Source: Patescibacteria group bacterium (GTDB lineage Bacteria; Patescibacteriota; Patescibacteriia; UBA10025; JAHIVO01). From it: a stretch of DNA of 64,000 nt. Under the pieces are notes generated by a model. The model did not search any database, was not told where the DNA came from, and worked only from the letters and a program-made list of their open reading frames with translations. Location of the stretch: positions 2,628-66,627 of the forward strand of contig JAZDEZ010000003.1 of the NCBI GenBank assembly GCA_043808365.1, read 5' to 3'. A program made the translations under genes and the position numbers. Below are positions 17,693 through 26,590 of this stretch, piece after piece; within the stretch, counting starts at the first letter, position 1; each line of letters starts with the position of its first letter.

Positions 17693-18202
17693 TTAAAACA
17701 GACTGGCTTCAAATTTGAATTCTATGGCATCCCCTGGCTGGACAATCTGTTTATCCACGGCCACTGTGGCCGCTTGTCCATTGACATAATAAGACCAGTA
17801 CTTATTGTCCTGCCCGCCTGACAGATCTCCGATGGCATTGACCAATACACCCATCTCACCATAATCTTTCGTATCCAATACCAGGCCATAGACTTGCGTT
17901 GCCTTGGTCAGGGCGTCGAGCACGGTCCCACTAGTCGGTACGCTTAATTCAACACTGACCGTATTACCGTCACTGCGCGCGATAGTAACTTTTGCATTCA
18001 CCACATTCACGCCAGCTACCTTTCCAATAATTGTGCCTTGGCTGCCGACCGCAACCTGGATTTTAGCGGCATGCATATCCTGCACGGCAATTGCCTTCCC
18101 TGTGGAATAGCTGGATATTCCTAAAGCAGTCAGCATGATGACGGCAAAACTCACTGAGATGCTGGCAAACCACCAATGAAATTCCGGTTTGTTGCTTTTC
18201 AT
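17693..18202 (-). CDS. Membrane-anchored DUF4430-like (transcobalamin beta-domain-like) protein
   Basis: 169 aa with an N-terminal anchor. The C-terminal ...NKYWSYYVNGQAATVAVDKQIVQPGDAIEFKF matches my recollection of DUF4430. It lies between cobO and the membrane protein. Confidence 0.55.
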   Translation of the reverse strand: MKSNKPEFHWWFASISVSFAVIMLTALGISSYSTGKAIAVQDMHAAKIQVAVGSQGTIIGKVAGVNVVNAKVTIARSDGNTVSVELSVPTSGTVLDALTKATQVYGLVLDTKDYGEMGVLVNAIGDLSGGQDNKYWSYYVNGQAATVAVDKQIVQPGDAIEFKFEASLF

Positions 18203-18216
18203 ACGTTTATAATAAG

Positions 18217-18762
18217 TTAATAATCAATAGAGGGCCTGGCGAGAATTCCCCGATTATACGGATGCTTGATCATCTTGATTTCCGAAACGTAATCGGCCAA
18301 TTGTATAATCTTAGCCGGTGCCTGCCGTCCTGTCAAAACCAGTTCGACGCGGTCAGGCTTTTTTTTGATGAGGCCAGCCACCGAATCTGCCGTCAACAAT
18401 TTTTCGCCTATAGCCACATTGATTTCATCAAGTATGATTAGGTCTTGGCGGCCCGATCTAATCGCTGTTTTTACATAACCAAAGGCTTTCTGAGCCGCTT
18501 TCCGGTGGGCTTCGAAAGGCTTCCGGTCGCCCATAATCTTTATGAATCCCTGGCCAAACGACTTTATGGTTAAATACGGTTTCAGTTTATCGGCAATATT
18601 TAATTCGCCGGAACGCCAGGGACCCTTGATGAACTGGACCATCAGCACCTTTTTTTTATAACTTATCGCCCGCAACGCCAATCCGAGGGCCGCCGTGGTC
18701 TTGCCTTTGCCATGGCCCGTATAAACATGCACCAAACCTCTGTCTATCTTTTTAAATTTCAT
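18217..18762 (-). CDS. cobO: ATP:cob(I)alamin adenosyltransferase (CobO/BtuR type)
   Basis: 181 aa. It has the P-loop YTGHGKGKTTAALGLALRA, the QFIKG motif, and ILDE plus VLTGR. Confidence 0.9.
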   Translation of the reverse strand: MKFKKIDRGLVHVYTGHGKGKTTAALGLALRAISYKKKVLMVQFIKGPWRSGELNIADKLKPYLTIKSFGQGFIKIMGDRKPFEAHRKAAQKAFGYVKTAIRSGRQDLIILDEINVAIGEKLLTADSVAGLIKKKPDRVELVLTGRQAPAKIIQLADYVSEIKMIKHPYNRGILARPSIDY

Positions 18763-18785
18763 ATCATCTCAGCAATATGATTTGT

Positions 18786-18930
18786 TGCGCCGAGGCCACG
18801 GGTTATACCGCGCCCGCCCCGCACCATTGGCGGGGCAGTCGGGCGGGAGGTCCCGGGCCGAGGCACCCGCTAAGGGAATAAGAGCGATGAGGCCGAAGTC
18901 CTGACCAAAGGGAGGGACGAGCCGTAGGTG
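18786..18930. repeat. GC-rich structured element, member of a two-copy family (see 51071-51160)
   Basis: It shares the blocks CGAGGCCACGGGT, CCCGGGCCGAG, GCT..GGGAA and GATGA with the 51.1-kb copy. It contains the extended hairpin CGCCCG-CCCCGC...GCGGGG-CAGT-CGGGCG. Confidence 0.55.
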
Positions 18931-18943
18931 TTCTCTCATGATA

Positions 18944-21241
18944 TTATCCGAGGCTGCAGGCAGAAAATCCGCATTTCGGGCAGACGGAGCATCCCTCCTT
19001 TATTTCCATGTTTGTCTTGCATTCCGGGCACACTTCAATGACATGACTGCGCCGGGCCGCGCCGGCCGCCGGCACTGGCTCCCGTTCACTCGCTATTTTC
19101 ACGGTCGGTACCGCCGCCCCGCTGCGTAAATCGTCATAATTGTAACTGAACGATTTTTTTGATTCTTTGTGCTTGACCGAGCCGATATTGAGGACCTGGA
19201 CATCACGCGACCGGTCGCGGTAAATAGTCACGCCTTTACAGCCCTGACGGTACGCCAGCATGTACACCTCTTCCACGTCTTCTACTTTGGCGTCATTCGG
19301 GAAATTGACCGTCTTTGACACGGCATTATCCGTGTATTTCTGGTAAACAGCCTGCATCTTCAGATGCCACTCCGGAGTGATGTCATGCGAGACGACAAAC
19401 AGTCTCTGCCATTTGGCTGGCACCTCGTCCATGCCCTGCACGCCGCCATGTTCAGCGATCTTCTTCATCAGTTCCTCGCTGTAAAAACCTTCGCGCCGAG
19501 CCACATATTCAAACAATGGATTGACTTCAATGAGTTCATTGTCATCCATGACATTGCGGACATACGATATGGCGAACAGCGGCTCGATGCCGGACGAACA
19601 TCCGGCAATGATGCTGATGGTACCGGTCGGGGCGATTGTATTGGTGGTGGCATTGCGCATTTTCGGCGCGTCAGGCTGGTCATATATACTGCCCTCAAAA
19701 TTTGGGAATTGCCCGCGGTCGCGCGCTAGATCGCGGGACATCTGCTTTGATTCATCGGCGATAAATTTCATAACCTTTTCCCCAAGGTCTACCGCTTCTT
19801 GGCTGTCATACGGGACGCCCAATACGATCAGCAAATCGGCCCAACCCATCACTCCCAGTCCGATCTTACGGTTGTCATGCACCATCTGGGTAATCTGCGG
19901 CAGCGGATAATGGCTCATATCAATGACATTATCCAAAAAATGGATGGCCATGCGGATCGTCGCGCGCATCTTTTCCCAGTCAATTTCCACTGGCTCGCCA
20001 ATGGAAAAATCTCCCCGGACCATCTTGGCTAAGTTCAACGAACCTAAGTTGCACGCTTCAAACGGCAGTAACGGCTGCTCACCGCACGGATTCGTGGCTT
20101 CCATGTCGCCGACTTTCGGCGTCGGGTTATCGCGGTTGATGCGGTCGATAAAAACAATGCCGGGATCGCCGTTTTTCCAGGCCAGCGTGACGATCAGGTC
20201 GAACACCTTGCGCGCGTTCAGCCGGTCCACGACCGTCTTGTCCTTGGGGTTCAACAGGTCGTAATCAGTGTTTTGCTCGACCGCGATCATGAAATCCTCA
20301 GTCACGGCCACCGAAATGTTGAAATTATTCAGTCGGTCATTATTTTCCTTGGCAGTGATAAATTCCAAAATATCCGGATGGTCCACCCGCAGGATGCCCA
20401 TATTGGCTCCGCGCCGGGTACCGCCCTGCTTGATGGTTTCCGTGGCCGCGTCAAATACGGTCATAAACGACACCGGACCGGAGGCGACGCCTTTGGTGGA
20501 CATGACCCGGTCATTCTTCGGCCGGAGGCGGGAAAACGAGAAACCAGTCCCGCCGCCTGTTTTATGGACCAAGGCCGTCCATTTGACCGCGTCAAAAATT
20601 TCTTCCATGGAATCGCCGACAGGCAATACGAAACACGCGGCGAGCTGTTGGAGCTCTTTGCCCGCATTCATCAAGGTCGGGGAATTCGGGACAAACTCCA
20701 GACGGGAAAGCATTTTATAAAATTCATCCTCTGTGGTCGCGACATCAACTTTTTGATTCAGCAGGGAATCGTACCGCGCATCAGCTTGGGCAATGTTGCC
20801 AGCCACGCGCCGGAACATTTGCGGCGGCGTTTCGATCACCTTGCCGTTTGGATCCTTGCGCAGGTACCGCTTGGACAGGACCCGCAAAGAATTGACGGTC
20901 AAATTCGTATCCAGCTCCGGCAAACCCAAATATGATCCTTTCGCCTCGCGGATCTTCTGGTGCTCTTTCCGATATAATATATAGGCTTTGGCCAATTGTA
21001 TCTGTTTTTCCTTGATCAGCACCTCTTCGACAATATCCTGGATTTGCTCAACTGTCGGGATGGTGGTGCTGTCATACTTCTTCTCGAGAATACTGACGAC
21101 TTTTTTGCTCAATTTTTCCGCGAGCGGCTGGTCCTCCTGTTGGATTGAAACTGTCGCCTTATAGATGGCATTAGCGACTTTTTGCTGGTCGAACTCCACG
21201 ACAGTTCCCGCCCGTTTGCGAATCTTGTTTATTTTTACCAT
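18944..21241 (-). CDS. nrdJ: Class II (adenosylcobalamin-dependent) ribonucleotide reductase
   Basis: 765 aa with an N-terminal ATP-cone, the TNPCGEQPLLPFEACNLGSLNL active-site loop and a C-terminal CPEC...CPKC zinc ribbon. No small subunit gene is nearby. Confidence 0.88.
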   Translation of the reverse strand: MVKINKIRKRAGTVVEFDQQKVANAIYKATVSIQQEDQPLAEKLSKKVVSILEKKYDSTTIPTVEQIQDIVEEVLIKEKQIQLAKAYILYRKEHQKIREAKGSYLGLPELDTNLTVNSLRVLSKRYLRKDPNGKVIETPPQMFRRVAGNIAQADARYDSLLNQKVDVATTEDEFYKMLSRLEFVPNSPTLMNAGKELQQLAACFVLPVGDSMEEIFDAVKWTALVHKTGGGTGFSFSRLRPKNDRVMSTKGVASGPVSFMTVFDAATETIKQGGTRRGANMGILRVDHPDILEFITAKENNDRLNNFNISVAVTEDFMIAVEQNTDYDLLNPKDKTVVDRLNARKVFDLIVTLAWKNGDPGIVFIDRINRDNPTPKVGDMEATNPCGEQPLLPFEACNLGSLNLAKMVRGDFSIGEPVEIDWEKMRATIRMAIHFLDNVIDMSHYPLPQITQMVHDNRKIGLGVMGWADLLIVLGVPYDSQEAVDLGEKVMKFIADESKQMSRDLARDRGQFPNFEGSIYDQPDAPKMRNATTNTIAPTGTISIIAGCSSGIEPLFAISYVRNVMDDNELIEVNPLFEYVARREGFYSEELMKKIAEHGGVQGMDEVPAKWQRLFVVSHDITPEWHLKMQAVYQKYTDNAVSKTVNFPNDAKVEDVEEVYMLAYRQGCKGVTIYRDRSRDVQVLNIGSVKHKESKKSFSYNYDDLRSGAAVPTVKIASEREPVPAAGAARRSHVIEVCPECKTNMEIKEGCSVCPKCGFSACSLG

Positions 21242-21259
21242 ACTATCTTCAATTAGTAT

Positions 21260-21730
21260 TTATTTTCTTTTCTTGCCCCGGCTGCCGATCAGCTTGCGGA
21301 GCTCACGCTGGAACGTTCGCGCGTCCTTGAATGACCGGTTCACCGAGGCAAATCGGATATAGGCGACCTCGTCCTTCTTCTTCAGTTGCTTCATGATGAT
21401 TTCGCCGATCTGGCCGCTTTTTATCTCGTCATGGCCGATCATCTGGATATCGCGCTCAACCTGGCTGACCAGGCGCTTAAACTCGTCCTGGGTGATCGGC
21501 CGCTTTTCAAATGATTTTTTCAGCCCGGATTCCAATTTATCCTTATCGTACGGCTCACGGCGGCCATCCCGCTTGATAACCGTCAAATTCAGAATTTCCG
21601 CTGACTCATAGGTAGAAAAACGAAAGCCGCACCGCAGGCACTGGCGCCGGCGCCGAATGGCCATGGCGTCATTAACTAGGCGGGAATCACTTACCTTAGT
21701 GTCCGCATGATGGCAAGCCGGGCATTTCAT
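21260..21730 (-). CDS. nrdR: Transcriptional repressor NrdR
   Basis: The MKCPACHH...CLRCGFRFSTYE zinc ribbon plus an ATP-cone. It lies directly upstream of nrdJ. Confidence 0.95.
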   Translation of the reverse strand: MKCPACHHADTKVSDSRLVNDAMAIRRRRQCLRCGFRFSTYESAEILNLTVIKRDGRREPYDKDKLESGLKKSFEKRPITQDEFKRLVSQVERDIQMIGHDEIKSGQIGEIIMKQLKKKDEVAYIRFASVNRSFKDARTFQRELRKLIGSRGKKRK

Positions 21731-21742
21731 AATATCAACATG

Positions 21743-21772
21743 TAGTATGTCTACTAAACAGTATGCTACTAA
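21743..21772 (-). promoter_or_regulatory. Tandem palindromic boxes (candidate NrdR operators) overlapping a TTGACT-N17-CATACT promoter
   Basis: On the plus strand, GTAGTATGTCTAC and AGTATGCTACT are a direct repeat of AGTATG(T)CTACTAAA with centres 16 nt apart. They lie within 45 nt of the nrdR ATG. Confidence 0.3.
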
Positions 21773-21947
21773 ATACAGGCGTAGTCAAATAGGCAAGATT
21801 AGCTGAAAATGCCAATCATGTGGATAACTAGCCTATATTTCAATTTTCGTATTTCTGCTGGCAATGGCCAGCCGCCAAAATACAGCCGCAACTGACGATT
21901 TTGGTTATACGCTCGATCGACTGTCCTAGACGGACGGCCTATCCCGG

Positions 21948-23147
21948 CTACATCATTTTCTTCCGGATAAACGCGGGAATCTCCAAATCATCTTCGTCAG
22001 TCCTGGTCGGCTCTTTCTTTGGAGGCGGCGCGGCTGGGGGCGACATATAGGACGGCCTGGCTTCCGGCGCTGATTTTATTTTATTCGCTGAAAAAATAGT
22101 CTTCGGCTCTTCGCGTTCGACCATGCCGCCGTAATTCATCGGCCTGATCTTTTTCAATAATTTCTGCTTGCCGCCAAAACCGGTGGCCACTACGGTAATC
22201 TTCACCTGATCTTTCATGGTCTCATCAATGACGGCGCCGAATATCACTCGCGCGTTGGGATCCGCGGAGGCAGTAATGATCCGGGCCGCCTCATTTACCT
22301 CGTACATGCCCAGATCAGGCCCGCCAGTCACCGTAAAGAGTATGCCTTTGGCGCCCTCAATGGACAATTCAAGCAATGGGCTGTCGATCGCGGCTTTGGC
22401 CGCGTCAATGGCCCGATTTTCTCCAGAGCCTTGGCCGATGCCCATCAGCGCCGAACCGGCGCTTTCCATGATCGACCGCACATCCGCAAAATCAACGTTA
22501 ATGAGTCCAGGCACGGTAATCAGGTCTGAAATGCCCTGGACGCCCTGACGCAAAACCTCATCAACCGTCTGGAACGCGTCAAGCAAGGATGTCTTCTTAT
22601 CTATGATCTGCAAAATCCGATCATTCGGGATGGTAATGATCGTATCAACCTTTTCCGCCAATTCCGCCAAACCAGATTCCGCGATACCCTTGCGCTGGGC
22701 GCCTTCGAACGAAAATGGCTTGGTGACTACCGCCACCGTGAGCGCTCCGACGTCCTTGGCGATATCCGCGATCAATGGCGAGGCGCCCGTACCGGTACCG
22801 CCGCCCATGCCGCAGGTGATAAAAATCATGTCTGACCCCTTCAATATATCATGAATTTCGTCCTGGTCCTCTTCAGCCGCTTTACGGCCGATTTCCGAAT
22901 CCATCCCCGCGCCCAGACCACGGGTGGTGGTTTTGCCGATATGGAGCTTATGAGGGGCTTTCGAATGGTGCAAGGCCTGCGCATCGGTATTAATGGCGAT
23001 AAACTCCACGCCGCGTATCTTCGTGCTGATCATGCGGTCAATGGCCGCGCCGCCCGATCCGCCCACCCCCACGACTTTTATCTTGGCAAACGTCTCAATA
23101 TCCGGTTTTATTTCCATAGTATTCCGATTTGAATGGTAATTTTTCAT
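21948..23147 (-). CDS. ftsZ: Cell division protein FtsZ
   Basis: It has the GGGTGTG tubulin signature ([14 protein letters not shown]), the NTDAQAL motif and the C-terminal [12 protein letters not shown] peptide. Confidence 0.97.
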   Translation of the reverse strand: MKNYHSNRNTMEIKPDIETFAKIKVVGVGGSGGAAIDRMISTKIRGVEFIAINTDAQALHHSKAPHKLHIGKTTTRGLGAGMDSEIGRKAAEEDQDEIHDILKGSDMIFITCGMGGGTGTGASPLIADIAKDVGALTVAVVTKPFSFEGAQRKGIAESGLAELAEKVDTIITIPNDRILQIIDKKTSLLDAFQTVDEVLRQGVQGISDLITVPGLINVDFADVRSIMESAGSALMGIGQGSGENRAIDAAKAAIDSPLLELSIEGAKGILFTVTGGPDLGMYEVNEAARIITASADPNARVIFGAVIDETMKDQVKITVVATGFGGKQKLLKKIRPMNYGGMVEREEPKTIFSANKIKSAPEARPSYMSPPAAPPPKKEPTRTDEDDLEIPAFIRKKMM

Positions 23148-23167
23148 TTAATAATTGCCCTCCCCCG

Positions 23168-24421
23168 TTACGGCATTAAGGATTTAAACCATTGCTTCAT
23201 TTTCGAAGTCACTTCCTTGGCAGACGAAAAATGCGGCATTTTCAGCCCGCGGCCGCCGCTCTTTTTCTCCGATAATCCCGCGCCCCAATATAACAGTCCG
23301 ATCGCCGTCGAATAATTCACGTCATTCACCTTATCAACGGCAGTAGACGCTAAATTAAGCGGATAACCAAGCGACGCCGGTAATTTAAACTCTCTTTTCG
23401 CCACCTCAACCAGGCCGGGCAGTTTCGCGCCGCCCCCGGTGATAATCACGCCGGCCGGCAGCAATCCGGCTCGGTCGATTTTCTGCAATTCCTTGTCAGC
23501 CATCTTGAATATTTCCTCGCAACGCGCTTCGATGATCTCGGCAATATGCCGGCGGGATACCACCCCTTCTTCGCGTGAATCTATCTCGCCGAGGTTTATC
23601 TCCTCGCGCTTATTGACATCGTCCGGCAATGCCGTGCCATATTCAATCTTAATTTTTTCGGCCAAATCTATCGACGTCCGCAAACCGATCGCGATGTCGT
23701 TCGTGATATGGCTTGATCCAACGGGCAAAATGGCCGTGTGCAGCACGTCACCCTCCTCGAAAACGAGCAAGCTTGTCGTCGAACCGCCGATATTCAGCAG
23801 AGCGACGCCCAGATCCCGCTGCTTTTTTGTCAGGACGGATTCGGCTGAAGCCAAGACGCCCAGGACAAGGTCATTGATATCGATGCCCGTCCGATAAATG
23901 CATTTCGTGATATTTTTCACCTGGGAAGACAAGCCCTGGATAATTTGGGCATCCACTTCGAGCCGGATGCCAGTCATGCCGACCGGATCCTTGATCCCCT
24001 TCTGGTTGTCCACGGTAAAGCTCCGCGGAATGACATGGAGGATTTCATAATTCGGGGGGGTGGCCACTGCTTGCGCCGCTTCAATCACGCGTTCCACGTC
24101 TTCCTCGCGCACCTCGCCGTCTGATTTGGATACGGCAATGACCCCATGGCTTTCTTGGGCGGTAATATGGCTGCCATTGATGCCCACATACGCGTGCTCA
24201 ACCGGGATTCCGGTCATGCGCTCAGCCTTCTCGAGGGTCGCGGATATGGAAGAAACGGCATCTTCGATGCTGGTAATCGCTCCTTTGCTCACTCCCTCAG
24301 CCGGATGCTCAGCGGCTCCCAGCACATGAATTTTATTGTCATGCTGGTTGGCCTGCCCGACCACAATCCGAATCGTAGTTGACCCGATATCAAGTCCAGT
24401 TATGATTTCTTCTTTTGCCAT
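23168..24421 (-). CDS. ftsA: Cell division protein FtsA
   Basis: 417 aa with an actin-like fold (GLDIGSTTIR, NIGGSTT, ITGGGA). It lies directly upstream of ftsZ. Confidence 0.95.
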   Translation of the reverse strand: MAKEEIITGLDIGSTTIRIVVGQANQHDNKIHVLGAAEHPAEGVSKGAITSIEDAVSSISATLEKAERMTGIPVEHAYVGINGSHITAQESHGVIAVSKSDGEVREEDVERVIEAAQAVATPPNYEILHVIPRSFTVDNQKGIKDPVGMTGIRLEVDAQIIQGLSSQVKNITKCIYRTGIDINDLVLGVLASAESVLTKKQRDLGVALLNIGGSTTSLLVFEEGDVLHTAILPVGSSHITNDIAIGLRTSIDLAEKIKIEYGTALPDDVNKREEINLGEIDSREEGVVSRRHIAEIIEARCEEIFKMADKELQKIDRAGLLPAGVIITGGGAKLPGLVEVAKREFKLPASLGYPLNLASTAVDKVNDVNYSTAIGLLYWGAGLSEKKSGGRGLKMPHFSSAKEVTSKMKQWFKSLMP

Positions 24422-24586
24422 ATATTATAATAAACGAAAGTCCGACTGGCACCCCTGCTCGCTACCCGACATGACTGTTATGGAGCGCCGCGCATTTACC
24501 CATATTATAAAGGATTTACAGTTAATTTGCAAAAGGCTGGCAAACGGTAATAGTTTAGCTGGTTTGGCGGCTGATTCGTGGGAACA

Positions 24587-24952
24587 CTAGCAAACAAAAT
24601 ACGGGATAAATATCAATAAGCCGATGGCAATCGCCCCAATCGCGGCGACTAAAACCGCGGCGGCCATGACATCCTTGATGACTTCGACGTACATATGGAT
24701 CCGGGGACTGAGAATATCCGCGACTTTCTCAAAAATCGTGTTCAGGAGCTCCAAAACAAGGACAAACATCATGATCATCAGCAAAATTATCGCTTGCCAG
24801 AGCGTCACCTCGAAATAGACCATCAGAATAATGACCAGCAGGCTGGCCAGCAGATGGAACCTGATGCTCTGCTCATTCTTTATGGCATACCAAAAACCGC
24901 GGCCGGCGTAACGGAAACTTTTTACGAACTTGTGCAAATCGATTATTGGCAT
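24587..24952 (-). CDS. dgkA: Diacylglycerol/undecaprenol kinase DgkA family
   Basis: 121 aa with three TM helices and the ELLNTIFE motif. Confidence 0.85.
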   Translation of the reverse strand: MPIIDLHKFVKSFRYAGRGFWYAIKNEQSIRFHLLASLLVIILMVYFEVTLWQAIILLMIMMFVLVLELLNTIFEKVADILSPRIHMYVEVIKDVMAAAVLVAAIGAIAIGLLIFIPYFVC

Positions 24953-24961
24953 AGGATGTGA

Positions 24962-25405
24962 TTACCGTGCGTGTAATTCATACGCGCGCCAGATGCGTTT
25001 GGCCAAACCTCGCATGCGCCGCGCGTCGGACTTATTGATATGATCATACCCAATCAAATGGAGCCACCCATGAATGAGCAAGGCGGCCACTTCATCGGTA
25101 AATGGATGGAGCAGCTCCCGGGCCTGCCGCCGAGTTTGCGGAACTGCGATGACGATTTCTCCGATATACCCGCGCGTTAAAAAAATTGGCTTTGCGTCAC
25201 GCTCTGGAAAAGAAAGTACGTCAGTCGGGCGATCGATATGCCGATACTGGCGATTCAGTCTACGGCTGACTGCGTCTGCCACGAAAGCGACTGATACGCC
25301 CGCGTGGCGATAACGCGGCACTGCCGCGGCAGCCGCGGCCATGACGCGCTTTACCAGCCCGTGCGGGATGCTTGGATACCGAGTGTGATTTATCTGCACC
25401 CGCAT
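24962..25405 (-). CDS. ybeY: rRNA maturation endoribonuclease YbeY
   Basis: It has the HGWLHLIGYDH zinc-binding motif and is 147 aa long. Confidence 0.9.
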   Translation of the reverse strand: MRVQINHTRYPSIPHGLVKRVMAAAAAAVPRYRHAGVSVAFVADAVSRRLNRQYRHIDRPTDVLSFPERDAKPIFLTRGYIGEIVIAVPQTRRQARELLHPFTDEVAALLIHGWLHLIGYDHINKSDARRMRGLAKRIWRAYELHAR

Positions 25406-26577
25406 TAGAGGCGATTTGTCGCGGAATTTAAATTGCTGTTTGTGTTTGATGAATTGATATTCGTATTGGTGTTGGTGTTGGCATTTGTATTAAGGTTTGT
25501 ATTCATATTTGTGTTTGTGTTTGAATTCCTGTTGGCATTCAGATTTGTCGAGGTGTTGGTATTGATCGGTACGACGCCGATCTTGAAGCTGCGGAACATC
25601 ATCTGGAAGACCGTCTTGTAGTTTGCCTGGCTGAGGATATTGATATTGTAATTAATCAGGTACACGCGGCTGCCGCTCACGAAATACGCGGTCAAGCCGT
25701 CAATGCTCAAAACACCCGATAACGTCCGGTCCCAATTGGTGACGCTCGTGATTTTCGACGAATCAATGCCTGGCGACTGGGTCAGGTACCAGTCGCGAGC
25801 CGACAACCCAGCGGGATTTTCCTGGACGCTGGCTTCGACAAACTCCCCGCTGGCAGTAAACATCTTGCCGCGCGTATTCTGCGGATCATCCGACAGGGCC
25901 CATGCCCCCGGATAGAGTATGGAATACCCGTACGTATTGTCATAGTACGTCTTGATTGACGGGTTCGCTTCAATCTTGCCCGTGCCATTCGGATTATACC
26001 CCCCGCCGGCTTCCAAACCGTCCGAGTAGCCGTCGCCGTCAGTATCGGCTTTAGCCGGATTGGTGCTGAACAGCGTCTCTTCGACATCGGTCAATCCGTC
26101 GCTGTCGCTGTCCTGGCTGGATACCACCGGCGCGACATTGGCATTAACTGCTGTATTGGCATTATTGACGTTTATTACCGGGAATAAATTCGTATTGCCG
26201 GAAATATTACTATTGATATTTTTATTCACGTTGGCTGCGATATTGATATTGCTATTCCCATTGCCGCTGCTGTTCGAGTTTGTGCTGGAGTTTTTATTCT
26301 GGTTGCCAGCGGCATTGCTGTTCTCGTTCTGGTTGGCGACAGCGGTATTTTGGTTGCCATTCGTGTTTGCGGCAGGGCCGAATTTTTTATAGGCCAGGTA
26401 GCCGGCCACGCCGAGAATGGCCGCCACCAATCCGACAATCAGCCATAATAAAAGGCGCGAACCGCCGCCCGACGAGCCACGGTCGTCGACATGGAATTTG
26501 GCCGGCATGGTATACATCCTGACCGGCTGGCTTGATATCGGCTGGCTGGTTTGCGGGGGCGGCGGAGTAAATGCCAT
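25405..26577 (-). CDS. Membrane-anchored envelope protein with N/T-rich low-complexity tracts and thrombospondin type-3 (TSP3) Ca-binding repeats
   Basis: 390 aa with a TM anchor (LLLWLIVGLVAAILGVAGYLAY). It contains DSDSDGLTDVEE...KADTDGDGYSDGLE and Asn/Thr-rich runs at both ends. Confidence 0.7.
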   Translation of the reverse strand: MAFTPPPPQTSQPISSQPVRMYTMPAKFHVDDRGSSGGGSRLLLWLIVGLVAAILGVAGYLAYKKFGPAANTNGNQNTAVANQNENSNAAGNQNKNSSTNSNSSGNGNSNINIAANVNKNINSNISGNTNLFPVINVNNANTAVNANVAPVVSSQDSDSDGLTDVEETLFSTNPAKADTDGDGYSDGLEAGGGYNPNGTGKIEANPSIKTYYDNTYGYSILYPGAWALSDDPQNTRGKMFTASGEFVEASVQENPAGLSARDWYLTQSPGIDSSKITSVTNWDRTLSGVLSIDGLTAYFVSGSRVYLINYNINILSQANYKTVFQMMFRSFKIGVVPINTNTSTNLNANRNSNTNTNMNTNLNTNANTNTNTNINSSNTNSNLNSATNRL

Positions 26578-26590
26578 AAAATAAATATCC

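Noticed and set aside
18763-18943. A cobalamin riboswitch upstream of cobO, which the B12 context would lead one to expect.
   Set aside because: On the coding (minus) strand I cannot find the conserved GGGAA, GGUG..AA..CC, GCCACUG or B12-box (AGCCAGGAAGACCUGCC-like) elements. Only a loose CUGCCCCGCCAAUGGU resemblance is present. A related copy also sits upstream of mfd in the opposite orientation relative to its neighbours. An Rfam cmscan would settle it.
24422-24586. RNase P-like strings (GAAAGTCCG and, on the other strand, GCAGGGGTGCCAG) in the ftsA leader.
   Set aside because: The two strings are complements of the same stretch, and the spacer is only 165 nt. That is far too short for RNase P RNA and lacks the remaining conserved regions.
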